A stretch of 64,000 nucleotides of DNA. It comes from Chiloscyllium plagiosum. Its lineage: Eukaryota. Made by a program: the position numbers and the translations under genes. Shown here one piece after another: positions 37,908-52,440 of this stretch (its first letter is position 1; each line of letters opens with the position of its first letter). The DNA is taken from assembly GCF_004010195.1 (NCBI RefSeq), contig NC_057719.1:69750401-69814400 (forward strand), written 5' to 3'. The notes beneath the pieces were generated by a model. That model saw only the letters and a list, made by a program, of their open reading frames with translations, ran no database searches and was not told the DNA's origin.

Positions 37908-38745
37908 ATGACCAAAGGATGCCGTGAGGATCACAACAAGCAGGCAATCCCATACAGCAATGGACATGCCCCCTGCCGCAGTGTCGAACTTCACAAACGT
38001 TCCTGTGGATTTACTCAGCATAGCCTGGTCTCGGAGTTCGTGAAACTCCGAGAGAAGGTTGAATTAGCAACGGAGGAGACCCGGATCAGACTGGAACCGA
38101 TCTCGGCCATGCTGCAGAAGCATGAGCAGGAGGTCCAGCGTCTCAGGCAGTGCATGGTGGAGGTGGAACAACAGACCATGCTTCGGAAACCGGGACAGAA
38201 TCCTCTTCGGGTTGGGTTCAAGCCCTGGAGAGGCAAGTACGGGCTTTAGTGGAGCAGGTCGACAACCTTGAAAATGGAGGCCGTCAGAAGCACATCCATC
38301 TGATTGGGCTGCCGGAACGGGAGGAAGAAGGCCAGCTAGTCAGCTTTCTGGAGCAATGACTCCCGCTGTTCTTGAGGCTGGAAGTCGAGGTGGGCCGGTG
38401 CGAGCTGAGTAGGCCCACCAGGTCGCAGTGCACAGGCCTGGTTCTGAATAGCGCCCCCGCCTGGTCCTAGTGTGACTCCAGCACTATAGAAATAAGCAAA
38501 TGGGGTTGGAAGCTTCCAGAGTACTAAGGAAGGATCCACAGGCCCTGATATACAGGGATCAAGAATTATGTTCTTCCTGGACGTTTCTGCGGCTGCGATC
38601 TGCAAGAGGTAAAGAAAAGGCTGAGAGACTTGAATATTCAGTACTCTATAAAATATCCAGCAGTGTTATGTTTCAGCCACAGAGGGTCCATGTTTAATTT
38701 TGACTCATCAGAAAAGGCAAGGGACTTCCTGGACACCTTAAAATA
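37908..38745 (+). pseudogene. L1 ORF1 (coiled coil plus RRM), disrupted
   Basis: QVDNLENGGRQKHIHLIGLPEREEEGQLVSFLEQ matches the DLENRSRRxNIRIxGLPE motif. Confidence 0.85.
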
Positions 38746-39205
38746 GACTGATTGGTTCAAGTAATTTGGACAATCGTGCTTAATTTGTTTTCTCTGAGGT
38801 TTACCTTGTTTACCTGGTTTTGCTATTTTAATATGTGGGGGTCCTTTTTTTTCTTTTCCCTTCTTTCTCCCCTCCCTTTTTTTCCCATTATTCCTTCTTC
38901 TTTTCTCTTTCTTGGTCTGGGATGGGGGTGTGGTTTGGGGTTTTTTTAATCAGTACTGACTGGGATCAAAGTACAGGCGGGACGGGCTGAATGCCCACAT
39001 CTAATTTTCTTGCTTTAAGATGCATGTTTTCTTTTTGTTTTGCCTGGGTTTGGGGTGCGACTTCAGCTAGAAGGAGCCATGGAGGGGTTAGTGGGTAGTG
39101 TGAGTGCCCCCTGTGGCCAAGCGGGAAAGTCTCCTCTTATTGTTTGTGTGTTGGTTCATTCTTTGTGTGTGCGTATGGAGTGGGGGAGAGGGGGTGCTGT
39201 CTCAG

Positions 39206-42200
39206 ATGGCTGTGGCTAATAGTTCGTTTAAATGGTACACCTGGAATATTAAAGGGAGTCATTCACCAATTAAGAGAAAGAAGATACTTTTGAGCCTTAG
39301 AAAAGAACGGGTCGATGCAGTTATAGCAGGGAGGGTTTAGTCGGGTGTTTCACTCATCCTTTAATTCTAAAAGCAGAGGAGTAGCTATTCTCATCCAGAA
39401 GAATTTCCCATTTCAGCTGTTAGACCACATTAAGGATGAACATGGACAATTTGTGATCCTAAAAGCTTTAATATCTGGAGAGTCGTATGGGATTTTGAAT
39501 GTATATTGCTCCCCCCCACCCCCCAACCTCGGCACAGCCCCTCAAACTTTTAACAGATGCACTTTCCAGGTTGATGGCCCTTGGAGCGCGTCATATGATT
39601 ATAGGGGGAGGCTTTAATCATCTTATGGACCCTCAGATAGATAGGATGCCCAAGGGTCTCGCTGGCATATCCCCACAATCCAGATAACTGGTGGACCTGA
39701 GTGGGGAGGCTGGTGGAGATGTCTTCACCCTGAGGGTAGCAACTTTACCTTCTTCTCTAACCCACACAAGTGCCACATTAGGATTGACATGCTTTTTGCT
39801 CCACCGGCCTTTTTGGATTCGGTGCTGTCCTGTAGATTAGGGAACATAGCCATTTCTGACCATGCAGCAGTGTACGTGGAGGTTAAGGCCAGTGGCAATG
39901 GGACAGGTTTGTAGCATTGGCTTATGGATCTTTTCCTCCTGAAGGGCAATAAGTTTACTGATTATTTTTTGTGGCAATTTAAAATTTTTGGGGATATTGA
40001 TTTGGGTATGGCCAGAAACCCTTTGGTGTTCTGGGATATTGCCAAGGTCAATGCAAGGGGTTTGATTATTTCTCACTCTGCGACTCGGAAGCGGCAGAGG
40101 GGAGAGCAGCAATGTATTCTGGAGGCCTAGCTGATGGCAGTCAAGACAGCATACTTTGACAGACCGTCTGTGACCAAGTTGCAGTGGATTACAGCTCTCA
40201 GGGGTGCTCTGAATGCTGCGCTTAGTCAGCCAGCAAAGAAGGAGATCTCCTTTGCAAAATAGACGTTATTTGAATATGGTGATAAGGCAGGTAGATACCT
40301 GACATATCTGGCCAGAAAGAAGAGTGCCTTCTAATCTATCACATCCATCAGAGAGTGTGCTGGTACTCTCACCTGCGATTCCAAAAAGATTAATGCGGCT
40401 TTCAGGAAATTCTATTCTGAGTTGGAGGGCTGCGAGGACAGGTTGGGGAAGATGGAGTCCTTTGTTAAGACCTTGGACCTCCCAGCATAACTGCAGAACA
40501 GGCGTCTCTTTTGAATGCCCCTCTGACAATCCAAGAGATACAGAAGGCAGTGAGGCAGCTCCAGAGTGGTAAAACGCCTGGCCCAGATGGAGTTTAGAGC
40601 GAGTTTAATAAAGAGCTTATAAACATGCTGGTCGGGCCAATGTTGGACATTACAATTATTTGTACAGTCAGGACTGCCTCCCATCCTCCCTGAGAGAAGC
40701 TAATATCTCCCTTATTCTCAAGAGAGGGAAAGCCCCAGAGAATTCTAGTTCCTACAACTCCATATTGCTATTAAACTTGGATTTCAAAATTTTGTCAAAA
40801 ATGTTGGCGTTGACGTTGAAGTTGGAGAAGGTCTTGCCTTCCATCGTAAAGGACCAGACAGGTTTTTTTCGGGGTCGCAGGTCCTCTAACAACATTAGAA
40901 GAGTACTGAATATGGTCCAGTTGTGCCAGCAAGGGTTGCTTCCGGGCTCGGTAGTCTCCCTGGATGTAGAGAAAGTGTTTGAACAGGTGGACAGGCCGTA
41001 CCTCTTCTATGTCCTGGAATGGTTTGATCTTGGAGGGGACTTTGCCAGGTGGGGGCAGCATTATATAGTGACCCTAAGGCAGCGGTTCTCACTAATGGTA
41101 TATGGTCTGACAAATTTAGTCTTGGTACAGGCAGCCAACAAGGGTGACCCCTTTCACCCTTGCTATTTACATTAGTGATTGAGCTGTTGGCAGAGGCTAT
41201 CCGGAGGGTCCCCAGTGTAATTGCTCCGGAGGTGGGATTGGGGGACATAAGATCACCCTTTACGCAGATGATGTTCTTCTTTTCCTAACTAACCTGACAA
41301 TATCTCTGCCCTGTTTCATACAAGCGATTAATTTATTTGGTTCTTTCTAGGGATATAAAATCAATTTTATGAATTCAGAGGCCATGCCTGTCAGGAATCT
41401 TGTCGGAGTACCCAATCTTGGGGCTGGAATCAGATTCCCTTTCAGATGGTCACAGGGAGGGTGCCTGTATTTAGGCATTTTTATTACTCCAGCCTTTGAT
41501 AAATTATACAAAGCTTATTTTGTACAGTCGCTAGAGAAGATAAGACAGGACCTTCAGCGATGGAAAGCTCTTCCGATATCTTGGTTGGATAAAGTAACTC
41601 TGGTTTAAAGGAATGTTCTTCGTCATTTATTATATCCCACGTGAATGCTTCCTTTGACGCTGCCCAGACAAGCGCTACAGAGGCTTAACAGTCGGCTTGG
41701 CCTTTTTATCTAGTGTCACAGGTGGCCTCTCATTAAGCTTGCCAAATTGCAGCTTCCACAGGGCATGGTGGGGTGTGGACTTTCCAGATTTTAAGAAATA
41801 TCAATTAAGTTCCATATTATCTTATGTGGCTGCCTGGGCTTGCCGGGAGCCAAGGTCAATTTGCCTGGACATCGAGGCCTCCCAGGCAGAATGTCCCTTC
41901 ATTAATTTGTTGTTTATGGGCAAGATAAGGACTGTTATGGAGTATTGCAGAAATCCAATTGTCCTTAATACGTTTAAAGCATGGAGAATGATGTGACAAG
42001 GTGAGGGCAATTTACACAAAACTTCCCCTTTCATTCCCATAGTAGGAATGCCAGGATTCTGGCCAGGATCGATGGATTGTGGCAACAGGCTCTGGGAGTC
42101 TAGAAGAGTTTCCAGTTTGGGAGATTTATTTGAGGGGGAGGTCATGATGTCCAATGAGCAGCTGAGCCAGAAATATGAAGTACCTAGGAGGGACCTCTTT

Positions 42201-42967
42201 CATTATTTTCAGATTAGGGACTTAATACAGAAAAAGACTACATTACTAGTTAGTCCCTATAAGTCTGAGGTGGAGAGAAGAGTACTTCAGTCCATGGGTA
42301 CTGTCTCATTCAGTATCCTCTACCATTTACTAGGACGTAATGTCTCAAAGGACATTGAGTGGCACTACGGGACCTGGATTCAGGAATTGGGGGTGGAGAT
42401 CTTATCACAGGCATGGGAAGACATTTGGGAGAACGTAAGGAAGATTTTGGTTTGTAATAGGACGCAGGATATGCAACTGAAGGTACTCCACAGGGCTCAT
42501 TTGGCACCGGAGCAGCTTGCAAAATTTAAGACAGGAGCGTCCCCAATGTGCCCCAAATATAAAACAGCTATTGGCACACTTACTCATTGCTTGTGGTCAT
42601 GCCACAAGCTTCATAGGTATCGGGGTGCCATAGTGAGTGTTTCTGAAAGGGTCTTGAGAACCGAGGTCAAGGTAGATCCAGTGTCCCTCCTCTTGTGTCT
42701 GCCGAATCTCCTCTCTTTGGACGCGCATGGGAAAAACCTGTTTAATATTCTTTCATATTGTGCGAGGAAGGACATTCTGATGAGCTGCGTATCAGAAAAT
42801 CCTCCAGGAGTCTCAGGGTGGCATTGATTAGTTATGGAGCACATCCCCCAGACTTCCTCACGAGTATGGTGCACCACAAAATGGAACGGTTTTATAGGAC
42901 GTAGTGGCCCTTTTTGAACTATATAGACACAGACTTGTGGCCTATATTGGTCAGGGCCTTTGTGTAG
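39206..42967 (+). pseudogene. L1 ORF2 (APE endonuclease, RT, C-terminal zinc finger), disrupted
   Basis: TWNIKGSHSPIKRKK, KSRGVAIL, ISDH, LLNLDFKILSK, YADDVL at 41261, CPKYKTAIGTLTHCLWSC. Confidence 0.92.
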
Positions 42968-43344
42968 CCATGAGGGCTGTGTCTGGCAGGCTGGGGGCCC
43001 TTGGGAGGAAGAATTCTGCATAAATATGGGTATGCGAACTGATACTCCTAGTGATGGGGAACTTTGGTGGGGTTGCGCTGAGTGTTGTAACTTAATTTAG
43101 TTTAATTTGTCTTTGTTCAATCTGATCTAATTTAGTTTTTTTGTTTAATTATTTATTGAATTGTACTATGTATAGATTTTTTTAAATCTTTCTTTTTCTT
43201 TTAAACTGTTTGTGGAGTAGAGTAGCAGTTCATTTATTGTTGTTATCTCATAAGATTGTTATACTATTTTGTAGTACTTTTATAATTTTGTAAAAAATTT
43301 TAATCTTTTTTCAATAGAAATATTTACAAAAAAAAGACCCCTTT

Positions 43345-45060
43345 CTCCCCACTCTATGCCTTCTGCCAGTCAACCCATCCTCTATTCTTTTACCCTCAAC
43401 ACCATGGGCTCTTATTTTATTTTGCAGTTTCCTTTGTGGCACTCCTTCCTTCTGGAAATCCAAACAGATCATATCCACGGGCTCTCCTTTGTCTCATCTA
43501 TGACCTCCTCAAAGCATTCTAACAGATTTTCCAGGCATGACTTCCCCTTGACTATGCCCTATTTTACCATCCACATTCAAGTTCTCCACAATCTCATCCT
43601 TAATAATGGAGTCTAAAATCTTACTAATGATTGAGCTAAGGGTAACCAACTGGCCTATAATTTCCTATCTTCTACCTTCCATCCTTCTGAAGCAGACTTT
43701 TTAAATTAACTATTTTCCAGTCCTCTAGGATTGGAGTCCTGTCTCCAATGATTCCTGAAAGATCACTACCAATGCCACCACAATCTCCTCCGCTATCTCC
43801 TTCAGAACTCTGTGTGTAGTCCATCTGGTCTGGTAATTTATCCACCTTCAGACCTTTCAGGGTCACCAGCACATTCTCCTTAGTGATAGTTATTACACTC
43901 ACCTCTGTCCCCCGACTGTCTTGAAGTTCTGGTACGCTACTGATATCTTCCACTGTGAAGGCTGATGCAGAGTACCTGTTCAGTTCCTCCACTATTTTGT
44001 TGTTTCCCATTACTATTTATCCAGCCAGCCTCATTTTCCAGTAGTCTGATATCCATTCTTGCCTCTTTCTTACCTTTAATACATCTTAAAAACAACTTGT
44101 GACCTTTTATATTAACAGCTAGTTTACCCCCATACTTTATATTATTCCCCCTTACTGCTTTTTAAAATTCTCCTCTGCTGGTTTTTAAAGGTTTCTCAAT
44201 CCTCTGGCTTCCCACTAAATTTCCCCATATTGTATGGCTTTTTTTCTTTTGCTTCGATGCTGTGCCTGACTTCCCTTGGTATGTTACTTCTTCATTGGCA
44301 TGGGTTTCTGTTGTGCCTCCTGAATTACCCCAGAAACTTTTGCTATTGCTTCTCAACCATCTTCCCTGCCAGGCTCACTTTCTAATCAACTCTGGCCAGC
44401 TCCTCCCTCACATCTTTATAGTTATCTTTACTTAATTGGAATACCGTTACATTGGATTCCATCGTCTTCCTCTAAAACTGCAGAGTGAATTTTTTCATAT
44501 CATGGTCACTGCCCCCTTGGGGTTCCATCATGTTAATCTCCCTAATCAAGTCACGTCTTTATAGTTATCTTTACTTAATTGGAATACCGTTACATCGGAT
44601 TCCATCGTCTAAAACTGCAGAGTGAATTTTTTCATATCATGGTCACTGCCCCCTTGGGGTTCCATCATGTTAATCTCCCTAATCAAGTCTGCCTCATTAC
44701 ACTTCACCAAATCCAGAATGTTGGGCTCGACCACAAACTGGTCCCCAAAAAAAATATTGTAAACATTCTACAAATTCTTTTTCTTGGGTTCTGCAACCAA
44801 CCAGATTTTCCATGTCCACCTGCATAATGCAGTTCCCCCTGTAATTATTGTAATAGTACCTTTCTTACATGTATTTTCTTTCTCCTAATGTATTTTGTAA
44901 CCCCCATCTTGAGTGTTGCTAGGAGGCCTGAACATAACTAGACATAAAGGGTCTTTTTCACTATGCAGTTCCTCAAACTCCTAATTCTATCCCTTCCCAT
45001 CGTTTCTTGCTATTGATTTCATTTCATTTCTTGCAAATAAGGCAATCCTGCCTCTCTGCT
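43345..45060 (-). mobile_element. CR1 5' part (continuation after L1)
   Basis: EELNRYSASAFT, LKGLKVDK, EDWKIVN. Contains a duplication of about 140 bp (44414-44552 / 44557-44689). Confidence 0.85.
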
Positions 45061-46734
45061 AGCTGAAAGGGTGCTTGGTTCAATGTTTCCTTTGTTCGCT
45101 TTAAAAACAGGCAAACATTATAGACAAGAAAATACCTGGAATTTTGAACGATTTTCTCTGACCGCACGTGAAATGTTCAGCTGAAGATGGGAAGAAATTT
45201 CAAACTATGCTTGTTAGCTTCTCACCAAAGTTGTGATGGGACAATCAGGAGTACACATTAAAAAGGTTGTAATTCCTTTTACTGCCTGTCTAGGCTGAGT
45301 AAGCTGATATCTATTAAAGGGGAAGTGCAGGTGGAATCAGTCCTCCGGGCGAGAGAAAGAAAATGTTGCTCATCCTTCCCAGGCCAGTGGCCCTTACTGA
45401 AAACAATACATGTATGGCTGTCTGGGCAGAAAAGGATTGCGTTTGGTTGTGGGATTCAGCATCATTAAAGAGCTGTAAGCATTCACATTTCCTCAATACA
45501 TTAATGCATTGTAACTTCAGGTTTGTGGCAGAAACTCACTTACACTTGTAAACAAAATTACAGCAACAGAGCAAGTCTACAGAAATTCCCAGAAAATGTA
45601 TTTTACAATTATTAGAAAGAAGGACTCAATCAAAACATTTTAGTTGTGAAAAGAACAAAATTAATATGTACCCTGCATAGATTTAATTTAAGGCCCAATT
45701 TGGATTAATACAAGTGGGTGGGTTTTGAATGGGTTAAAAATTGAGCTCATTGTATCACAGCATTCAAGTGAGCTCCTAAATCAGAGCACCCTTCAAGGAG
45801 TCTGATGATATTAAGCAAAAAAAAACAGTTAGCTGAAAGGGCAATAAGTCCACAGAGATACACAATTCATTTCTCATAGTATGGCCACAGATGTAACTGC
45901 AGAGCAATGCAGACATCACAGTCCCATTGAGACATCCGACTTCTAAATTCAGCAGACTCAGCAAAATGTTCCACAAACTTAATGTTCACGAGGTATAATA
46001 GGTCATGTTGGAAACTCTGAAGATGTGGGACCATTGGGACTGTTGCTGGGTGGCTGGCTGCCACTTTGAATAACAACATTGAGGAAAAAAAACAAAACAA
46101 CTACTTTTGATTGATTTGAGACTTCTGGTCTATGCAGCATTCTGAAGGAGTTTTATTGTTTAAAATAGGAGCTCAAGGGCTATGGCACCAATATGATGTT
46201 TCCATTTCCCACACTAGCATTTCTACATGTTTCTGAATGGCCCACACTTAGATTCCATTTGCTCTCTGGTGTATTGAAAGCTAGACAGCTTCTCTTCTGT
46301 AATATATTTCTAAAACATTATTTATCTTAGGGGTTTACTTTGTCTTACATTGCTGTCAGTGCCATTTTCACTGTTTGGATTATTCATTTTCTTACTTTCG
46401 AGTTGTACGGTGCACCTGATGTATTTTCTGTTTACAAGCCAGAATGGAGAACGGCTCTTCTTGGTGTCATCACCTGTAGTGATAGAATTTTACTTTTGCT
46501 ACCATGCACACCTTGCCCATGAATTGTTCAAACCTTGAATTTAAACTTTAATATTACTCAGGCACAATAAAATACAAAACGAAACCTACCACCTATCAAA
46601 AGAGTCACCAAACTATTTGCGGAGCAAAATGGTTTCATTTTTGGAAGGATGAAACATGTGAATTATCTCCAGGTTTCCAACCTCTGGTAAAAGATCTCAG
46701 TAAAAATACAATACTTTCAATCAAGAGAGGTTTG

Positions 46735-47110
46735 TGTTTGAGCAGCTTTTGTGAACTCAGGATATTCCAAAACAGTTTTAAAGCCAATTAATTGCTTTGT
46801 GAAGCATAGTCCATGTATAAAGTGCGGCAGGCAACTTACATACAGTAAAAAAATAGACAGGTAATTGGTTTTAGTCATTTTGGTTGAGAAAATATGCATT
46901 GGCCAGGGCACCAGGTAGAACACCCTTGAGCGTCTTAATAATTGTGCCATGGGCTTCTGCTCTAAGATGGCAGATGAGTTTGGGTCTGGTATGTTTAATG
47001 TCTCATCTGAACAATTATACCTCCAATAATGTAATATTGCTTCACTGTGTCACTAGAAATTTTTTTTACATAGACATTTAAGGGTGAGTTTTTCTACTAC
47101 AATCACATTC
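46735..47110 (-). mobile_element. Deu-domain SINE (SacSINE1/AmnSINE1-like), old
   Basis: Reverse complement contains cagatgagacattaaac...cccatggcac...ggtgccctggccaat...ctcaacc, matching my recollection of the Deu core. Confidence 0.6.
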
Positions 47111-50100
47111 ATAGTAAAGCAATTCAACAGAAGTAGAGGGAAAGAGTTCAGTAGAGTTCCTCTCATTCAGTTGTGTAGGTCTCTGTCTGAAGATTGAAAT
47201 TTCTGACAGGTTGAGGAGCCCTCTTGTCTGTTTCAAAGAGCCCTCACATGTTACTATAGCACCATCCCTACTGCAGAGCTACCAGAGAGTTTTCTTAGTG
47301 GTGCTGATGCTCATTCCTCTTCTTCACCAGGAAGATGAGTAATGGGCTGCTGTAATTCACAAAAGCTCTCTAGGATTACAGCAATTCTGGAAAAGGTGAA
47401 TAGAGTCTATTCAGCTTTGTTAGAATGCCAGCCAGTGGCATTTAAAGGGCTTTCTTTCTACAAAGAAAATACCCAGAAATCCTTGAGATTTCAGAGATCT
47501 CTCGAATATAGTAGGTGAGGAAATGGGACTTTTAACCCAATGAATGCCTGGAGGTGTTTATACTTCATGTAATATCATACAAATTACACCTCTGAAATCT
47601 ATGTGACATGGTTATGAAAAATGATTAATTCTTGCAGCTCATTTTCCTTCATCCACTTTTCTTAAATGCTTTTACCAAACACTTTTTAAAAACCAAGAGA
47701 GATTAATCTCTCCTTAGCTTTTCTCATGAAGAGTCCTCAGAACTTCATGACTGTCAGTCACTATGATGTCCTGAAATGCACTTCAGTGATTTGTATTGAG
47801 ATTTTGAAAATACTAAAATGTTAAGAGTTGATGTCCACCCCTGCCCCCCAGAGGTGAGTCAAGAACAACCTCTCTAAATGGATTAATTAATAACAAAAAA
47901 AATTCCCTCACCCCAGCAACAGCTACAGCAATCCTTCATCCACCCCACTTGCCCCCAGAGTAGCAATTTGTCACCAGTGATGGCAATTCCCCAAGCTGCC
48001 ATTGGCAGCTCCCAGATCCCAAAGGGAGTTTCTCCCATTGTTGGTATTGTCATTATTGTATGAGACCCAAGGCCGAGAATTGTTGCTGGACACCCGGGGT
48101 AAAAATGGGTGAGATTGCCATTCTGTCAGTGATGCTGCAGCAAGATAAGGTGTGTGTGTGGGTGGGGAGGGAGGGGGCAGAGGTATTGGAATAAAGGACA
48201 GAGTCATACTTTACCAAAGCTCCTCCCTTATCACTGCACCTCACTCCATTGGTAACAGATGGCTAAAGAGGGGGGTACACCCACCAATCAGGCAAGGACA
48301 TGCTAGTCAGGGTTCACCAGTACTATGGAGATAAGACCCTTAATTAGTTCTCACACTGAAACTTTCTGCTTCCATTTTATAGCCACCCTCCATCCACACG
48401 AGCAGTTTGGGTGTTAAGGGGGAGGGGGTGCACTAAATCTTACCCTTCACTTTTGCAATAATAGGACATGACATGAGCAGTTAAACAGACCTTTACATTT
48501 ATTTTACAGAGCTACTTTTTCTTTAAACATAATTCCAGTATCTATTATGGATGGATAAATTTACATTCTAGCTGTGAAGATTTACTGAGAACAATTTTTA
48601 TTTTAGATTTAACAAAGAAGCAAGTGTGATCAATTCTGATTGACGCTGTGTGGCAGTGGGATTGAAATGAGGCTAAGGAGGGAAATGTGTCAATCATGGA
48701 ATTAAAGTAATCTCCTCTTATATTTGTCACCTGCTCCAAGATGGTATCATTACTTAAGTCTATCCCAGCGAACCCTGACTACAGGATCAGCCATAAGATG
48801 CAAGGCTTTTAATGCCAGCAAATAAAATTGGAATTGTTGGATTCTGAAGAGGGAACAAATGACCTCAGATTGGTATTAGTTGGTGCAGTGATGCATCACA
48901 TCTTGCATGTCTACTTTGTTAAATATTGATATTTTGACTTTACTAGCTTCAGGCACTGGAGAACCTACAAGAACAGGTACGTGTAGAACATGACAATTAA
49001 TGCTGGTTCCGCCTCACAAAGCCAGTCCTAAAGGCAGTGCTGATGAAAAAGTGCCAAGACTCATGGGACTGCCATTTCTGAAAGGCTCATTGCTCTGTTC
49101 AAATAACTATTGTACACCATCTGCACTTCACAGGGATTCAATCCGAAGTATATACTGTCGCTGCATTCTTGTGAAAATAAAATTAATCATTCCTGAAGCA
49201 AAAAAAAAAATCCAAGAATCTACATGGCAATTTATGGAATAATATTTTAATTTCCAAAAGGACAATATTTCAAAGTAAAGTCCAGAGAACGATTATTTGC
49301 AAATTGCAGACGATATATAGCACAAGTTAAACAAACTATTTAAATGTTAATCTTCTATCGATCATATTTCAAACTAAAATAGGTTTAGATAGAATAAACC
49401 CGACACATGTTTGCTGCACCAATATCTGTGGACTATGATGATGCAATCAATGAATGATAATGAGTGCAGTCTGCACCTTGGCATTTCATTTAAATTGAGA
49501 AGCCAGAGGGAAACTTTAATGCACGTGGAGGATTACACCACCAATACAGGAAAGAGCATGGTTTTGAATGCACATAAATTGCACCAGGACAGAAGGTGAG
49601 AGAGGAGGAAGGAAAGGTAAAAGGAAGGAAAAGGGTGCAAGGTGGTGGTGAGACTGAGAAATGTATTACGGAAGGTAAAGTGACAAGCTATTTTTGACTC
49701 AAGAAAGTCATTGGATATTAGCTTCCAAATTCCAAAAATCTAAAGCACCCCCTGCCATTCCTCCCTTGCTACCTTCACCCATTTTTCTTGCATCATTCTG
49801 GATACTGGTCTTTTTTCACAAATTTTCCAAGGTTATTTGAGGTGGCTGCTTCCTCGGAGACCTGAGTGTTCATTAATGACAGTTCTCACAACACCCAAGG
49901 GCCTCTATTCAAAGTGCAAATCTTGGCAGTGAGCACCATTAGAGTCTTTATTTGTGGAGATAATGATGCTAAGCCTAAATTCGTTCTCAATTATTCCCTT
50001 CCAAGAATAACGTACTGTGTAACTTGGAGCAAGAATATTGGACTGAAAAGAGGAAAAGTAAACCAGAGTGCTGTAGCCAATTGTAGCAACTGCTGGCTCA

Positions 50101-50869
50101 GGTAAAATTATCCAACTCAATGCTTGTAAGGATGGCTACTTTAGATAAAAAATCCATGCCTATTGCCTAAGCTGATTCTGCCAGGAATTGTAATGGTTAA
50201 TCAGGACAAGGTCATTGTAAAAATGTGGATATGACTCAATAATAAGCTCCAGGGAGAAATGAGAATCAAATGTTGATTAATGAGCTGGGTGCTAGATAAT
50301 CTAGGTACATGATGGAAGTGCAAAGTATAAATACAGGTAGCAGTGAAATGAATCAAGGGGAGGTAAAAGAGTGAAGGCCATACCTGACAGCTGTGGTTAC
50401 TCATTTAGAGAGAACAATGAACAGCCCTAGATGGTATTACACAGCAATGTCAAAGAAAGAAACACAGGAATATCGCTTGACATGGTGATGTTAAGTAAAT
50501 TATTCATATCTTCATTAGATGTCAATAGGATGTATTGATATAACAGTTTCACATTAGAGAGACTTAATGAACTCTTTAAAAGTACAGTGATCCTCAGAGA
50601 TTTTAACCCTATCTTGCATGGGTTGAGTGGGTAAGCAGCCCATTATGTTTAGTATTTCCAATGAGTTTGTTGCTTTGGGTAAGTTCCCTCTATTATAACC
50701 CATTCCATTAAGTGTTATGATCTATATTATATTAGTCAAATGCCTCAGTGTTGTGTTATTCAACCTTCCATTAAGGATAAGTGGTGATCCAAAAAGAAAA
50801 CCAGCAACTTTGATCAGTGTGCATACTGCATTGCATGACTAACCTACTCAAAATAAACTCCCTAAACTA

Positions 50870-50990
50870 TGGGAGAAGGAGCAGCGCTCTGAAAGCCAGT
50901 GATTCCAAATAAACCTGTCGGGCTATAACTTGGTGTTGTGCGATTTTTATCTTTGTGCACCCCAGACCAACACCAGCACCTCCAAATCAT
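50870..50990 (+). mobile_element. PLE-type terminal repeat with degenerate hammerhead (GGAGC/GCTCT-GAAA)
   Basis: Homologous to 3932-4031 in the opposite orientation. Confidence 0.6.
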
Positions 50991-52129
50991 GGGAGGGGCT
51001 AGCAGGGGGGAAAAAATCCCATCAGTAAGAATAGGATATTTTATACTTACAATGACTAGTAAAAGCAAGATTAATTATTTAATGTTCATTCCAACATGTT
51101 TCAGTTTCAGAGACTTGAGCACATCAGGAAAGACAGACATGTTGTTTCAACCGTCAGTTTTAAAATTACAATGTCTGTCCAGCTTTCTGCTAAGGGTCTC
51201 CATGGTGAAGGATGGTTGGACATTGAAGGCGATGACCTACGTCACAGCTCACACTATAACCGTATCCCAATCAATCTGCTCTTTGCAGTGTTGATAAATA
51301 TCTAGTGTTGAACCAATATGGATTTGAAAAGGAAAATTATGCAGCACCAAATTTATCAAAGCTGGTAAGATCAGGTACTTACTGCTTTTGTCAAATGGTG
51401 ACTATTTGTCATTCTTCATACAATGTTGAAACAAGTGACCATTAAAACTCATTGAGGGCTGATTTATTCTATATTAGATATGGTATTAATGCTCGGAGTG
51501 TGCTTTGCATGCTGTCATACCGTGTTTAAGTAGCCCTTTTGTGAATTGTGAAACTGATACGGTACAAAATTGGAAGAACGAAAACAAGCACTGACAAACT
51601 TGAAGGTATTAAATGAAATGTGTTGAAGAATTTTCAATGGATGATATCAGCAAACCTTGGGGATTTTGAGCTAAACTCAATTTCAGCAGAAACATAAACA
51701 TGTTGAAATGGCATCTCAGTGGAAGTATTTTCGTGGGATGGTGCTCATTTCTAATCATCTTTAGGGCTATTCTTCAGGAGTAAAATTAAAAGCTCACGTT
51801 ATTAAATATTGCATTTACAAATGTTGAGTTCAGACATAAATGAAACAATAAATTGAAACTTGCTTATGTTGAGAATTAGGCAAAATGCTTTCTAAATTAT
51901 AAATATAAACATTACCCATCTGAAGTTAGTCACTCAAAGCTAGTTTCCACTCCATTGAGTGGAGTGGACAATCGCAGGAAATTTGGGAAAATATGGTAAA
52001 AGATGAAAAACTAAATCAGAATCTGGACATAAAAGGAATAATTGTTTCTTTTTTTCTTAAAAAGGTTTAAAACAGCAAACTCAGAATATTGTGAATAATT
52101 ATTTCCATTCATTTGCATCTCTTTTGCTT

Positions 52130-52440
52130 TTAAATTCAGTTATGGAATGTGGGTATATCTGCTCAACCAGCATCTATTGCCCATTCTTAGTTGCCCTTGA
52201 AAAGGTGGTGAGAGTTGCCTTTGAGAACCGCTGCAGTCCACCTGCTGTAGGTGGATCCTGGAATTCCCTTCTGAGGGAATTGTGGATTTTGACTCAATGA
52301 CACTGAAAGATTGGTGATAAATTTCCAAATCAGGATGATGATTGGCTTGGAAGAGAACTTGCAGTTGGTCAGATGTCTACTGTCCTTATCCTGCTAGATG
52401 GTACCAGACATGGGTTTGGAAGGTCCTTCTCCTCAAGCTC
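52130..52440 (-). mobile_element. LINE 3' end fragment
   Basis: Near copy of 57810-58110. Confidence 0.65.

Larger units (their letters stand above)
37754..43335 (+). mobile_element. Full-length decayed L1-clade LINE
   Basis: 5' GAGGAGATCCAAGATGGC, ORF1 and ORF2 remnants, A-tail at 43328-43335. TSD AAAAAGACCC(C)TTT at a TT/AAAA site (37738-37752; 43331-43344). Confidence 0.95.
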
